From IMG/VR virus record IMGVR_UViG_3300014205_000173: 64,000 nt of DNA; one strand, given 5' to 3'. The DNA comes from a virus. Lineage: Duplodnaviria > Caudoviricetes. This document shows positions 10,303 to 20,996 of this stretch, in pieces. A model generated the notes under the pieces. That model was given only the letters and a program-made list of their open reading frames with translations. It did not search any database and was not told where the DNA came from. Numbering within the stretch: position 1 is the stretch's first letter; each line of letters begins with the position of its first letter. Position numbers and translations under genes: made by a program.

Positions 10303-10921
10303 AATTATATGGAAATTTCATTAAATCAACCTTTTCAATAAGTTTTTTAGAAATTGTAGAACAAATATTTTCATTAACATTTTTAATTGCAGGAATAAGA
10401 ATGTGCCTAATATAATTTCTCTTATATTTAAAACTATCGTTTGAAGGATCTTCAATATAAGAAAGGTTGTTCCTGTTTGCAAAGTAAGTCATCTGTTGTT
10501 TAGTAGTCAAGAGAAATGGCCTAATGCAATTACCAGAAAAAATAGGAATTAATTTCGGATTTCCATTAATTGCAGAAAACAACCATGTCTCAACAACATC
10601 ATCAAGATTGTGAGCAGTAATAAAAACTTTCTTAAAAGATCTTAAAAAAGAGTATCTTTCTTTTCTCCAGTATTCCTCAGGAGATTCTTTTTTTTGTTTT
10701 TGATTTTGAATTGTTCCAATATGAAGCTTTTTACCCTGTTCTTCACAAATCTTAGTTACATGATATTCAGCATCTTTACCATGAGAAGTTCCATGATTAA
10801 AATAAGCCACTTCAAAATCATGTTTCCCATTTTTCAAAAACGCAAAAGCCGCCATTGAATCTGATCCACCAGAACAAGCTAAAATATAAGGAATTCTTGG
10901 CAACTTAAAAAGAGTTTTCAT
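10274..10921 (-). CDS. tilS: tRNA(Ile)-lysidine synthase, PP-loop domain only
   Basis: ACSGGSDS PP-loop, TAHNLDD..ET, RPFL, EDPSN..RNYIRH. Confidence 0.88.
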   Translation of the reverse strand: MKTLFKLPRIPYILACSGGSDSMAAFAFLKNGKHDFEVAYFNHGTSHGKDAEYHVTKICEEQGKKLHIGTIQNQKQKKESPEEYWRKERYSFLRSFKKVFITAHNLDDVVETWLFSAINGNPKLIPIFSGNCIRPFLLTTKQQMTYFANRNNLSYIEDPSNDSFKYKRNYIRHILIPAIKNVNENICSTISKKLIEKVDLMKFPYNFELETSTNE

Positions 10922-10951
10922 AAAGTATCCTTTTATTTAAGTACTCTTTTA

Positions 10952-10991
10952 ATAATAGCAGCCTTCCTCTGTTTGTCAATAGAGCGGCCAA
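10952..10991 (-). promoter_or_regulatory. sigma70-like promoter with GGCC box (tilS)
   Basis: TTGACA-16-(TGc)TATTAT; GGCC at 10986-10989. Confidence 0.7.
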
Positions 10992-11216
10992 ATACCCAAA
11001 AACCACATTTATAATTATGTATATCTTACAAGCTTTTTAGTATCTAGTATCTCTTTCAAATTCAACCAAATCTTCATCTGTCATATTGGGATAAGGACAT
11101 GGTTTTTTCCCATCAACGGTATAGTGATCAATATATGTTTTTTTTCTATAAATTAGAAACAAGGCTATCAAGAATACAATTATCAAAATAAAAAAATATA
11201 CAATATATAACATCAC

Positions 11217-11732
11217 TTAATCCATTTCATTCATTTTATATTGTCTATTTAATGCTGCATACTCATCCATTATTCTTTTACGTTCTTTTTCAAGAGTTTC
11301 ACAAACCTCTTTGTTTTTTTTATTGTAAAGTTCTTTGTTTTTTTTGTTATTTTTAATTTCTTCAAAGTATTTGTTTAGGATTTTTTTGATTTTTTCTTTA
11401 TAGTCGTCTGAAAACAAATAATCAATTAATATGCTTCCATCAAAATTGTCTGTCCAAGGTATTAGTTTTTCATAAGTATCTTTATGTAGATCTATTCTAA
11501 TATTTTCAATATATTCCTTGTTATCATGAGTTAAAATTGTTATTTCTCCCATACCACCTTCTTTAGCTCCATCAAAATACCATGTCCAATGTTTTCTATT
11601 CTTAAAGCCAATAGAAGTCATTATAAACTCTATTATTTCATCAAGCCTATCGTTAATTGAATATTCAAGTTTTTCCAGTTTGCTTTTAGCTGAAAAATAT
11701 TCATCTATTGTTTCTTTATAAATTTTAGCCAT
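11217..11732 (-). CDS. hypothetical protein, paralog of 9793..10302
   Basis: WYFDGAKEGGMGE motif. Confidence 0.75.
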   Translation of the reverse strand: MAKIYKETIDEYFSAKSKLEKLEYSINDRLDEIIEFIMTSIGFKNRKHWTWYFDGAKEGGMGEITILTHDNKEYIENIRIDLHKDTYEKLIPWTDNFDGSILIDYLFSDDYKEKIKKILNKYFEEIKNNKKNKELYNKKNKEVCETLEKERKRIMDEYAALNRQYKMNEMD

Positions 11733-12050
11733 TTAACAATCTTCCCAATAAATTTCTTTACTTTTCATATCATTAATGACATAATAAGTTCCTGACTCAG
11801 GATCGTTTCCCTGCCAATTAACAAGATCATATGTTGTTCTGTCTTCTTTAAGAAGAAAACAACTAATGGGTGGTAAAATTTCAGCAAGCTGAGAAACTGT
11901 CTTAAAAGCAACCTCAGAACAATCAACGTCAAAAACAACAATATTCTTTTTTGTCATTTCAGTCAAAATCTGTATTGTTTGAAAAGTAAGACATGATTTT
12001 AAATGCTCAGGAACTTCAACATCAATATTTGCAATTACTTTAACTTCCAT
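11733..12050 (-). CDS. hypothetical protein
   Basis: Abutting ORF. Confidence 0.65.
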   Translation of the reverse strand: MEVKVIANIDVEVPEHLKSCLTFQTIQILTEMTKKNIVVFDVDCSEVAFKTVSQLAEILPPISCFLLKEDRTTYDLVNWQGNDPESGTYYVINDMKSKEIYWEDC

Positions 12051-12231
12051 ATTATTTCACCATTTTATCTTTCTTTATTAAATTGTAGTTTTCATAAAAA
12101 TCAATACACTTTTCCCCATCCCACGGAATTTCGACAAAATAAGATTGTCTAATACTTGGCAATGAAGTAAACCTAAAACAGTTATCTCTTATTGGACACC
12201 CATCGCCTTTACACTTACAAATATCTGGCAT

Positions 12232-12744
12232 TTAATAGTCTTCCACTGTATAGACTTTAGGATTATGATAATTAATTTCTTGTCCAAATCTACTAAACTT
12301 TTCTCCCCAAGCAATAACAAAGCTCTCCTCTTTTTTAAGAAGAGAGAAAATTTCTTCTGGAGATAAACCATCCACATCAAAACTAATCCCAACAAAAGTC
12401 TTAATCACAACCCAAACACTTAAACATTTTTCTTTTTCATCACCTTTGTTGAATTCTTTATTTAGATATTCTACCAAAGAAGATAAAAAATATTCCGGAT
12501 ACAAACAGTTATACTTTAAATTTGTTGGTAATTCATTATATTTTTCAATATAATACTCATCATTATTATGAACTAAATATCCTCCAGAACTATCTTCAAC
12601 ATAATTGTATTGAGCGACACCTTTAATCGTTACGTCCGGAAGTTTTTTCCCTGTTTTACAACAAAATCTTTCTTCTGTTCTAGAGGGAGAAAAGTATGTT
12701 TTAATTTTCGGTTCAAAACAATAACCAAGAACTAAAGAAGCCAT
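12232..12744 (-). CDS. hypothetical protein
   Basis: 170-aa ORF after the tRNA. Confidence 0.7.
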   Translation of the reverse strand: MASLVLGYCFEPKIKTYFSPSRTEERFCCKTGKKLPDVTIKGVAQYNYVEDSSGGYLVHNNDEYYIEKYNELPTNLKYNCLYPEYFLSSLVEYLNKEFNKGDEKEKCLSVWVVIKTFVGISFDVDGLSPEEIFSLLKKEESFVIAWGEKFSRFGQEINYHNPKVYTVEDY

Positions 12745-12772
12745 TTTTGTAACCTTTTCTTTTTGTAAAATA

Positions 12773-12849
12773 TGGTGGGACTACTCAGACTTGAACTGAG
12801 AACCTAAAGATTATGAGTCTTTTGCTCTAACCAATTGAGCTATAGTCCC
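12773..12849 (-). tRNA. tRNA with CAT anticodon, probably Ile2 (lysidine)
   Basis: Loop CT-CAT-AA; G1-C72 paired and no GGG/CCC anticodon stem, so not initiator; tilS lies 1.9 kb away. Confidence 0.8.
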
Positions 12850-12871
12850 ACTTGCTTCCATCAACAAATTC

Positions 12872-12912
12872 ATTCTACATTCCCTCTACCATAAGGCAAG
12901 TGAATTGGCCAA
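12872..12912 (-). promoter_or_regulatory. sigma70-like promoter with GGCC box (tRNA)
   Basis: TTGCCT-16-TAGAAT; GGCC at 12907-12910. Confidence 0.6.
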
Positions 12913-12921
12913 ATTCTTAAA

Positions 12922-13668
12922 TCAAACTCTTTTATCTATAATCCAACCATCGTCTATAATAGACTCTGTAGAAGAATACTCTTTTTTGCCAATAAATTCA
13001 TTTGTATTTATATTTATTATTATAATAGTAGGATCAACTTTATTTGCTACAGAAATAAGACATCCAAACTCTAAAACATTACCAATTTTTCTTTTCAAAT
13101 AAACCTTTTTCTCTCTTTTCCCAATCCATAAAATTGGATTATTCAAAAAATCAACCGGACTTCTAAAAGACATTTTTTCCATTAGGTTTTTCCAAATCTA
13201 TTTTCTTGTTTTAATTTCAAACCCTGAAGTCCACATTAAATTACCATTAAAACAAATATGAATAGGAACACTTCCCTTTAAATAATAAGACCAAAATTTT
13301 GGTTGTTTTAAATCTCTAATTTCACTTTTTTCAAATTTAAGTGGAAATAAACTAAAATGTTGTGTTATAACTTTAACCTTTGTATCCTTTAAATAAACAT
13401 CTTCTATCCTAGAATAATCTAACAAGATCTTTTCAAACATTTTTTCATCACAATTATAAAGATGATCATAGTTGTAATTATATTCATGTATCTTCATGTT
13501 TCCTTTAATGTTTAATAAATTATTTTTACTATAATCATACCAAACATCTGCATCTACCAATACTACATCACAATAATTTTGAGGACTTTTACTTTCATAA
13601 ATTACAATATTACCATTTTTTAAAAAACCGATACAAAGATTTTTATACTTACCCTCTTTAAAAAACAT
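12922..13668 (-). CDS. two hypothetical proteins (12922-13182, 13198-13668)
   Basis: Tiled ORFs. Confidence 0.65.
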
Positions 13669-13743
13669 ATTAAAACCACCTAATTAAAATTTTAATACAA
13701 AACTCTACTATCTAAAGTTCAAACACAATGAAATCTTTTTTAT

Positions 13744-13971
13744 TTAAAACCAAAACCATTTTCTATATTTGTATAGTAAAAAAAATCCTTCCTCTATTTT
13801 CTCTTGATTTTTATTTTGAAAATCAAAACAATGAGGATGCCATAGTCTTGTTAAACTAAGTGAAAAAAGAATCTTTTTCTTAACAACCTTCCATTCTTTA
13901 TCAGTTAGCTCCCGTCCCAAACAAGCTTCGTAAGGAGGTCCCGCATAAGTTATTTCAAAAATTCTTTTTAC
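13744..13971 (-). pseudogene. 76-aa gene split from its ATG (15378-15376) by the IS insertion
   Basis: Joining across the GG gives ATG GTA AAA AGA ATT TTT GAA.. = MVKRIFEITYAGPPYEACLGRELTDKEW..WFWF, stop at 13746-13744. Confidence 0.75.
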
Positions 13972-14110
13972 CGTTCCTTAGAATCTACAAAAATCTACAA
14001 ACATCAGACTTTCTATCTAATTTCTGCTTCACAGAGAACAACCTCAAATACAACCACGGTTTTACACTCTCTCCACAGACTTATAATCCCGGCAAAACTG
14101 ACGGTATTTT
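13971..14110 (-). ncRNA. putative TnpB omega-RNA scaffold (boundaries approximate)
   Basis: Non-coding segment between the tnpB 3' end and the element right end, where omega-RNAs are known to lie. Confidence 0.55.
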
Positions 14111-15220
14111 ACTACTCAAACTATCATAACAAAACTTTAGATTCAAAGACGCATTCAAATCTCTATCAATCTCGTTTTTACAACAATTACACACAAAAAC
14201 TCTATCAGATAAACTTAAGGTTTTCTTTAACGCTCTACAATGGGAACAGATTTTAGAAGATGGGTAAAATCTATCGACAAACAATGTCTTTGAACCTATC
14301 CACTTCAATTTATATTCCGATTGTCTTCTGAACTCAGAGAATCCTGCGTCCTGAATACTCCGAGCTAAACAATGATTCTTCATCATGCCACTTGTATTCA
14401 AGTCTTCTAAAATAACGGCTTTTGGCTTGGTTTTCGCTATCAAGCTTGTTATTTTATGAAGACTATCTTTTCTAATATTTGCTATTCGATAATGAATCTT
14501 TTGAACTTTCTTTTTCGCTTTCTCCCTATTTTTGGATTTATCTTGCTTTCTGCTTAAAGACTGTTGCGCTCTTTTCAGATTCTTCAAGTTCTTCTTCAGA
14601 GATTTAGGACTATCAAAAACTTGACCATCAGAACACGTTGCTAAATGGTTAATTCCTAAGTCAATTCCAAGGATTTCTCCTTCTTCTATTTTCTGGACCT
14701 CAACTTCTTTTTCTGTATGAAGTGAAACAAACCAATGTCCTGCTTTTTCGCTCACTGTTATTGTTGATGGAGAACTTATTGGAAGTCTGTCTTTTTCCTT
14801 TAATCTTATCCATCCTAAACGTGGGAGCTTAACTCGATTGCTTTCGACATGAATAGAGCCCGTGAGTCTAAAACTTCCAATTCCTTTTTTCTTTGACTTG
14901 AATTTCGGGAAACCAGCTTTCTTCTTTTTCTTTATATTTCGGAAGAAGTTTTTGAAAGCTGTGTCTAAATCTCTTAGTGCTTCTTGTGGGGCGCATTTAG
15001 AGACCTCGTATAACCATGGAAACTCTTTTGATTTTAGTTTATTGAGTTCTCTATGTTGTTCTGGTGCTGAGGTTGATTTCTTTTCTTTTTTATAAAGGTT
15101 AATACGTTGAGCGAGTCCCCAATTATAAACGAATCTTGCTGCTCCTGCGTGTTGTAGGAGTTTCATTCTTTGTTTGTTATTGGGCTTTAACTCAACCTTG
15201 TATCCTTTATTTATTTTCAT
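14081..15220 (-). CDS. tnpB: RNA-guided endonuclease TnpB
   Basis: N-terminal HTH, RuvC motifs GIDLG / ILEDL / DRDLNAS, and CSHC..CNCC zinc ribbon. Confidence 0.95.
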   Translation of the reverse strand: MKINKGYKVELKPNNKQRMKLLQHAGAARFVYNWGLAQRINLYKKEKKSTSAPEQHRELNKLKSKEFPWLYEVSKCAPQEALRDLDTAFKNFFRNIKKKKKAGFPKFKSKKKGIGSFRLTGSIHVESNRVKLPRLGWIRLKEKDRLPISSPSTITVSEKAGHWFVSLHTEKEVEVQKIEEGEILGIDLGINHLATCSDGQVFDSPKSLKKNLKNLKRAQQSLSRKQDKSKNREKAKKKVQKIHYRIANIRKDSLHKITSLIAKTKPKAVILEDLNTSGMMKNHCLARSIQDAGFSEFRRQSEYKLKWIGSKTLFVDRFYPSSKICSHCRALKKTLSLSDRVFVCNCCKNEIDRDLNASLNLKFCYDSLSSKIPSVLPGL

Positions 15221-15389
15221 TAAATTTTCATCTTTTTTATTGAATTTCTTATTGTTTCTGGACGAAAACGAAAATCAGACCAATCATAGGTCATTTCATT
15301 AAAAAATTTATAAAACTCTTCACACATTTTGCCTTTACTGTGTGTTTTATTGTGTTTTTTAATTAGCTAACGTTCCATATTTCTTTATT

Positions 15390-16215
15390 TTATTTTTCGT
15401 CATAAAAAACCTCATATGACAATTTTACTTTAGTGTCCCTTAAATATATTTTCATAGGAATGCCATGAAAATTAGTACTTATGTAAATCTTATGATTCAT
15501 TCCAGAATATGTTTTACCCATATCAGAATACTCAAGCGTAGTTTTTTCTATATTAACATATAAAACTTCTTCTGATTCATCTGGAAATCTAACGAGATAT
15601 TTTCCGGGAACAAAGTCCTTGTATTTGTATACTTTGTCCTTATTTTGTTTATCTTCTTCAATATAATCAATAAAACAATAATTACTATAAGTTTTTACTT
15701 TAAAGAACTTTGACATTTTATTTCCTCGTTAAAAGGGCTGTTCTTCTTAATTTTTCAAAGTTTTTTTCAATTAACTTCTTTCTTTCTTCCTCTGAAAATT
15801 CACCATTTGAAATCCAATATCTCCAATTTCCTATATCATTCAATATGTCCTTGACCTTTTCTTCATTCAAACAAATTTCTCTGTTTAAATATAGTTCATC
15901 AAAGATCATCTCTAAATTATTTATATATTGCAATCTATTGAATTCTTCTACAAGTTCGTTATCAGTTACTTCTTCTGGTGTAAGATTTTTAAGATTGCCT
16001 CTTTTTGGATAAAATAGGAAAAGATTTTCACTTGAATTCAACTTTTCGTGAAATTCTCTTCCATTAAAACTTTCTCCGAAAATCTCTATTGTATCTTTAG
16101 AGTCTATAGAACTTACTGTTGCTCTAACAACTTGACCATATTTCATAAACCAAAGGTGCATATCAAGATAAATATTTTGATTATCAGCAGTTTTTAAAAA
16201 AGATTTATTATTCAT
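15390..16215 (-). CDS. two hypothetical proteins (15390-15716, 15718-16215)
   Basis: Tiled ORFs. Confidence 0.65.
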
Positions 16216-16224
16216 TAAAGTCTC

Positions 16225-16956
16225 CTAACTTAGTTCTAAAAGATCAAAAGAGTTTTCGACATCTTCGAATCCATCTTCACCTTCTTTGTCAAACTTTAAA
16301 TAGTTTTTATTATTTATTGCCTTATTCATAGCATCTTCAAATAAGATTGGAGAATACCCATTATTATCTACACCCACATCATATGAGTTTCTCGATGGAA
16401 TAAATGGTTTTAATGGAGAAGAATGAACATGTCCAAAAAAATGTATTCTATTATGGAACTTCGCATTCCATGACAACATTGGATAGTGATTGAGAATTAC
16501 CTTAACTCCATTAATAGACGTTCCTCTATTTACAGGAGGCTCTTTAAATATGCAATTAAAGTATTTAGAAAAACTTTCAATCCCCTTATCGTGATTACCC
16601 TTTATTAGGATTTTATCTCCATTTAATCTTTTTAGTATTCTTTCTTGATTGAAAAGTGAGAAGTCTCCTAAATGATACACTGTATCTTTTTGTTTAATAT
16701 TTAAGTTCCAATTTTGTATAAGCGTTTCATCATGTAAATTTAAGTCTACAATTTCAAGCAGTTTATCTTTATCTGGTCTTCCTGTTGTACTTGCAAGGAA
16801 ACCATTAAGATCATCCATAGTATATCCATGTTTAAAAAATGGACGACGTGTATATGCAATTATATTTAAATGGGAAAAATGCGTGTCTGCCAAAATCCAA
16901 ACATTATTTAAATTACGACTAGATACTATATTTACATTTCCATCAATAATACTCAT
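16225..16956 (-). CDS. calcineurin-like metallophosphoesterase
   Basis: DTHF, LGD, GNHD, HYP, GHVH motifs. Confidence 0.9.
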   Translation of the reverse strand: MSIIDGNVNIVSSRNLNNVWILADTHFSHLNIIAYTRRPFFKHGYTMDDLNGFLASTTGRPDKDKLLEIVDLNLHDETLIQNWNLNIKQKDTVYHLGDFSLFNQERILKRLNGDKILIKGNHDKGIESFSKYFNCIFKEPPVNRGTSINGVKVILNHYPMLSWNAKFHNRIHFFGHVHSSPLKPFIPSRNSYDVGVDNNGYSPILFEDAMNKAINNKNYLKFDKEGEDGFEDVENSFDLLELS

Positions 16957-16984
16957 TTTCTATCCTTTCTTTTGTCTTACAACA

Positions 16985-17036
16985 AGCCTACTTAAAAAAA
17001 ACAAGCAAGTCAAGACACAAAAGAAAATTAGGCCAA
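16985..17036 (-). promoter_or_regulatory. sigma70-like promoter with GGCC box
   Basis: TTGACT-17-TAGGCT; GGCC at 17031-17034. Confidence 0.55.
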
Positions 17037-17043
17037 AAACAAA

Positions 17044-17754
17044 TTATTCGATTTGTTTTTCGTTAACATTTAAATTTTTCTGTAACTCATTTGAGCTATA
17101 TTCTAATTCTGAAAAATTTACATTACAAATTCCATTAGATACTTTTTGAAACACAATTGCATTTTCTAAAATTTCAATTCCAGTTCTAATTTGATTTTTT
17201 AACTCTTTAATCTTATTATTAGTGCTCCTTTTATTTGTTCTTGATTTTAATTTATAATTTAAACTTCTAATATCAATAATAACTATTAGCTCTTTTATGC
17301 ATTCAGAAAAAAGACTTTCAATTTTTATTTTCATATCAAGACTTTCAATTTTATCAAAAACACCATCAGCTATTTCTTTTTCAAAAACAATCTTTAAACT
17401 ATTTAATCTTTCGTAAAGCTCTAACTCTTCTTTCATTAATATTTTTTTTTCTCTATATAAAACCTTATCTCGTAATTTATTAAAAACTCCCTCTAAAAAA
17501 ACAGCATTAAGTTCTTTGTCTTTATTACATTTATTGTTTTCAATTATCTTGTTTCCAGTAATAATAAAATCATTAAAAATAATACAAACAGAAACTAAAA
17601 AGGCTGTTATTCCGGAAATAAAAATAGGAACTCTTAAAAAAACAACTCCCAACATTATTACAAATAAGCTAATAAATAATATGGCTTTGTTTAGCGGCTT
17701 TTTTAATACTGTTAGGAACATGCTTTTACTACCATCACTTTCTTCTGGTTTCAT
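17044..17754 (-). CDS. membrane-anchored coiled-coil protein
   Basis: Two N-terminal hydrophobic helices. Confidence 0.65.
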   Translation of the reverse strand: MKPEESDGSKSMFLTVLKKPLNKAILFISLFVIMLGVVFLRVPIFISGITAFLVSVCIIFNDFIITGNKIIENNKCNKDKELNAVFLEGVFNKLRDKVLYREKKILMKEELELYERLNSLKIVFEKEIADGVFDKIESLDMKIKIESLFSECIKELIVIIDIRSLNYKLKSRTNKRSTNNKIKELKNQIRTGIEILENAIVFQKVSNGICNVNFSELEYSSNELQKNLNVNEKQIE

Positions 17755-17755
17755 T

Positions 17756-19660
17756 TTATTTGCTTTCTATAAGAACTAAAAACTCTTTTTCATTAATTAC
17801 TTTAATGGTAGCACCTTGATCGTTCAATTTAAGTGCCTTTTTGCTTTTTGAACTATCCTTTTCGTCTCCACCAACAACAAGATATGTTAGATTTTTAGAA
17901 ACAGAAGAAGAGATTTCTCCACCATTTTTTAAAACTAAATCTTGTGCCTCTTTTCTTCCCATACCCTCAAGGGTGCCAGTAAAAAGAAAAGACTGTCCAT
18001 TAAGTTTTCCATTTTTGTCACAAACATCTTCATAATCAAGAACCTTTACTTGCTTTAATAGTTTGTCAATCATGTCCGAATTTTTTTGCAATCCTAGAAC
18101 CACTGCAATTGCAATCTTGCTACCAATGCCATCCATCACTTCTAGCTCCAATTGTGTTACCTTGCGAACTGCATCAAGATTTTTGAATCGTTTTGCAATA
18201 TCCTTAGATACACTTCTACCCAACTCATCAATTCCAATAGATCGAATGAAAGTAGAAAGTGGAATTGTTCTATGTTTATTTATCTCTGTCAATAACTTTG
18301 AAATCATTTTATCACCAGAACGATCAATACCATTCATCAGATCTGCACCAGTTAAAGTAAATAAATCTACAATAGACTTAACAATCCCTCTATTATAAAG
18401 TTGTGCAAGAATTTTATCTCCCCATCCATCAGCTTCAATTACGGAACAGAAATGAACTAACCTAGAGATTTGTACTTCTGGATGAAGTTCTGGGTTCTTT
18501 AGGTAAAGAAAGTCATCTATCATTTCAACAGGATGACCATTTACTTCTTTTGGAATTTCAAATAACTTCGAACCAGCTTTAACAACTCTTTCGATATGAG
18601 GAATAACACCACCTCGTCTTGTCATTTCAACAACTGCACCCTTTGAAAGTTTTTTTGAAATAACAAACCCCGCATGGTGGATTGTCGATCTTTCAATTGT
18701 TGCACCAGACAATTCTACAGGTTCAACAATAGCGACAGGAGTTACTTGACCTGTTCTTGAAATACTCCATTCAATATCTTTCAAAATTGTAGTATTTGAT
18801 TCACCTTGAAACTTCCATGCAATTGAATATCTTGGATGATGAGAGTTTCTACCTAACTGTTGTTGATTTGAAACTTGATTAACCGTAAAAACAACGCCAT
18901 CAATCTCAAAATCTAAATCATCCCTTTTGTTCATAAAATTTAAATAAACTTCTTCTAGTGTGTCTATTGTTGCAAAATGTATTTCAACTGTTCTAAAATT
19001 ATTGTCTCTTAGGAATTGAAATTCTTGTCCTTCTGTTTCAAGAACATTATTACCAATTATTTCATAGGCATAAAAAACAAGCCCTCTTTTTTCACTTTCA
19101 CTTGAATCTTTATGTTTTAAAGAACCAGAAGCTAAGTTTCTTGGATTTGAGTTTGAATCTTTAAAGTTTTTATTAAAAACAGAAAGAGGCATAACAATTT
19201 CACCCCTAACAAAAACTGTTCCCTTGTGTGAAATTGAATGTGGAATGTTTTTTACTTTAAGAATGTTTTGAGTTACATCTTCGCCCTTAGTTCCAGTTCC
19301 TCTAGTTGATGCTTGAACTAAACGTCCTTTGAAATACTTTAATTCACAAGCACAACCGTCCATCTTGGGGCTTACCATAAACTTCAAATCACCAGTATCT
19401 TTTGCCCACTTTACAATTTCTTCTTTAGAATATGCCTTGTTTTGAGAAAGCATTGGAGGATCATGATTTACCGGAGAATTAATAGGAGCATGATGAAGCT
19501 TATCTAAAACTGAATTTTTTGGATCTAATTGACGTAAATGACGTTCAATTAAATCAAACTCTTGATCTGAAATCTCAGGATTGTTCTCAACCCAATAAAG
19601 ATAGTTGTGTCTGACATAGGCATCAACTAAATCTTGTAATGTCATTGTTTTAATGTCCAT
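17756..19660 (-). CDS. ligA: NAD-dependent DNA ligase
   Basis: Ia domain (Y..PEISD.EFD), KMDG, TRG.G..GEDVT, OB fold, HhH repeats, BRCT domain. Confidence 0.97.
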   Translation of the reverse strand: MDIKTMTLQDLVDAYVRHNYLYWVENNPEISDQEFDLIERHLRQLDPKNSVLDKLHHAPINSPVNHDPPMLSQNKAYSKEEIVKWAKDTGDLKFMVSPKMDGCACELKYFKGRLVQASTRGTGTKGEDVTQNILKVKNIPHSISHKGTVFVRGEIVMPLSVFNKNFKDSNSNPRNLASGSLKHKDSSESEKRGLVFYAYEIIGNNVLETEGQEFQFLRDNNFRTVEIHFATIDTLEEVYLNFMNKRDDLDFEIDGVVFTVNQVSNQQQLGRNSHHPRYSIAWKFQGESNTTILKDIEWSISRTGQVTPVAIVEPVELSGATIERSTIHHAGFVISKKLSKGAVVEMTRRGGVIPHIERVVKAGSKLFEIPKEVNGHPVEMIDDFLYLKNPELHPEVQISRLVHFCSVIEADGWGDKILAQLYNRGIVKSIVDLFTLTGADLMNGIDRSGDKMISKLLTEINKHRTIPLSTFIRSIGIDELGRSVSKDIAKRFKNLDAVRKVTQLELEVMDGIGSKIAIAVVLGLQKNSDMIDKLLKQVKVLDYEDVCDKNGKLNGQSFLFTGTLEGMGRKEAQDLVLKNGGEISSSVSKNLTYLVVGGDEKDSSKSKKALKLNDQGATIKVINEKEFLVLIESK

Positions 19661-19685
19661 AACGGCTCTCCTTGATATTTAAGAG

Positions 19686-19726
19686 ATTATAAGCAAAATA
19701 TGGGATTTGTCAAATATATTGGCCAA
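19686..19726 (-). promoter_or_regulatory. sigma70-like promoter with GGCC box (ligA)
   Basis: TTGACA-16-TATAAT; GGCC at 19721-19724. Confidence 0.75.
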
Positions 19727-19775
19727 TTCCCGAAAAAACTATATTTAAAGTTATATAATTAGGTTAACTATCAAT

Positions 19776-20885
19776 TTATATAAAGTTTTTAACTACTATT
19801 GAATTATATATCCATTCAAAAATTTCTTTTGAGTTTGTATTATTTGATATCATTTTAAATAGTTCTCTAATTTTAAAACGTGATGTATATTTACAAACAT
19901 CTAAGATAGTCATTATTTCCGAAACTGATGTTTTTAATACAATGCCATTTTCAAATGAAAGTAAATATTTATCGCCATTTACTACAAATTTACCATTCAT
20001 AAATTTTGATTTTTCAAAAAAGCATTCTCTTTCCTTATCAAAAGATAAAATAAGATCACCATAAAATTGAAAATTTTCAGAAATATAAGTCCATACATCT
20101 TCTATATCTTTAATTGCAAATTCAAAAACATTACTCCACTTTTTAATTATTTCATCATATACCTTTTCTTTCTCAAAATATTCTTTTTGTTTTTTGTAAT
20201 TAAATTCGTCTTTAAACATTTTCCATATTCCTAATTCGTTAAACCCAAATATTACTCTGTATGTTTTTTGATTTTTAATGTAATCTATTGTCAATGCACC
20301 TTCAATACGATCAGACTTAAGCATTCCAACATTAACAATCTTACTTCCTATTAAATCTAGCTCTTCAAAATCAAGATAGTCTTCTGCTCCAACATTAACT
20401 TTAGTAATAAGCTCATTATATACATTATTTTTTTTCATTATAATTCCTTAACATTTAATATGCTTATAACCGTATAGTTACAAGAAACCTTTTTAGTATC
20501 CATTTAAAAGATGATCGTCTTTAGTTTTAGAGTCGTCTTTAGTTTTAGAGTCGTCTTTAATTTTAGAATCTTCTATTAATTCATATCCTTTTTCTATTAA
20601 TATATCTTTATTTTTTTCGATATAAATATTATCATATTTATCCTTAAAAATATAATTTCCCCAATAGATATAGAAAATATTTTCTTTTGAAAAATCTTGT
20701 AAGGCTAATCTTCCATTCCAAAAAGTAAATAATAAATGAGGCTTTAACCACTGAGGAAATTTACTTGATATTTCTTCAATTGTCTTAAATTTTCCATTAT
20801 TATTAACGACATCTAACATGTCTTCTGTTATCATTAAAACTCTTTTAATTTCCTCAAAAGACACGTTCTTTTTAATTAATTTCAT
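19776..20885 (-). CDS. two hypothetical proteins (19776-20438, 20493-20885)
   Basis: Long ORFs; the second has an 18-bp repeat (KTKDDS) at ~20515-20568. Confidence 0.65.
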
Positions 20886-20996
20886 TTTATAGTCCTTTTT
20901 TATATATTACAAATCTTAGCTGCTGTTAGATCAATGCTAACCATACACTTTATCAATGGCAGGCCAATAGCTAAATAGAAAATCAATAAATTTTTC

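Larger units (their letters stand above)
13971..15376 (-). mobile_element. non-autonomous IS607-type element (tnpB only)
   Basis: GG at both boundaries, right end ..GAACGG with TGTAGATT repeats, left end with AAAACACA repeats; removal restores an ORF; no intact tnpA. Confidence 0.8.

Noticed and set aside
15375-15403. Upstream ATG (MTKNKIKKYG) as the start of the IS-interrupted gene
   Set aside because: Joining in that frame reaches TGA after five codons; the ATG at 15378-15376 gives the open frame.
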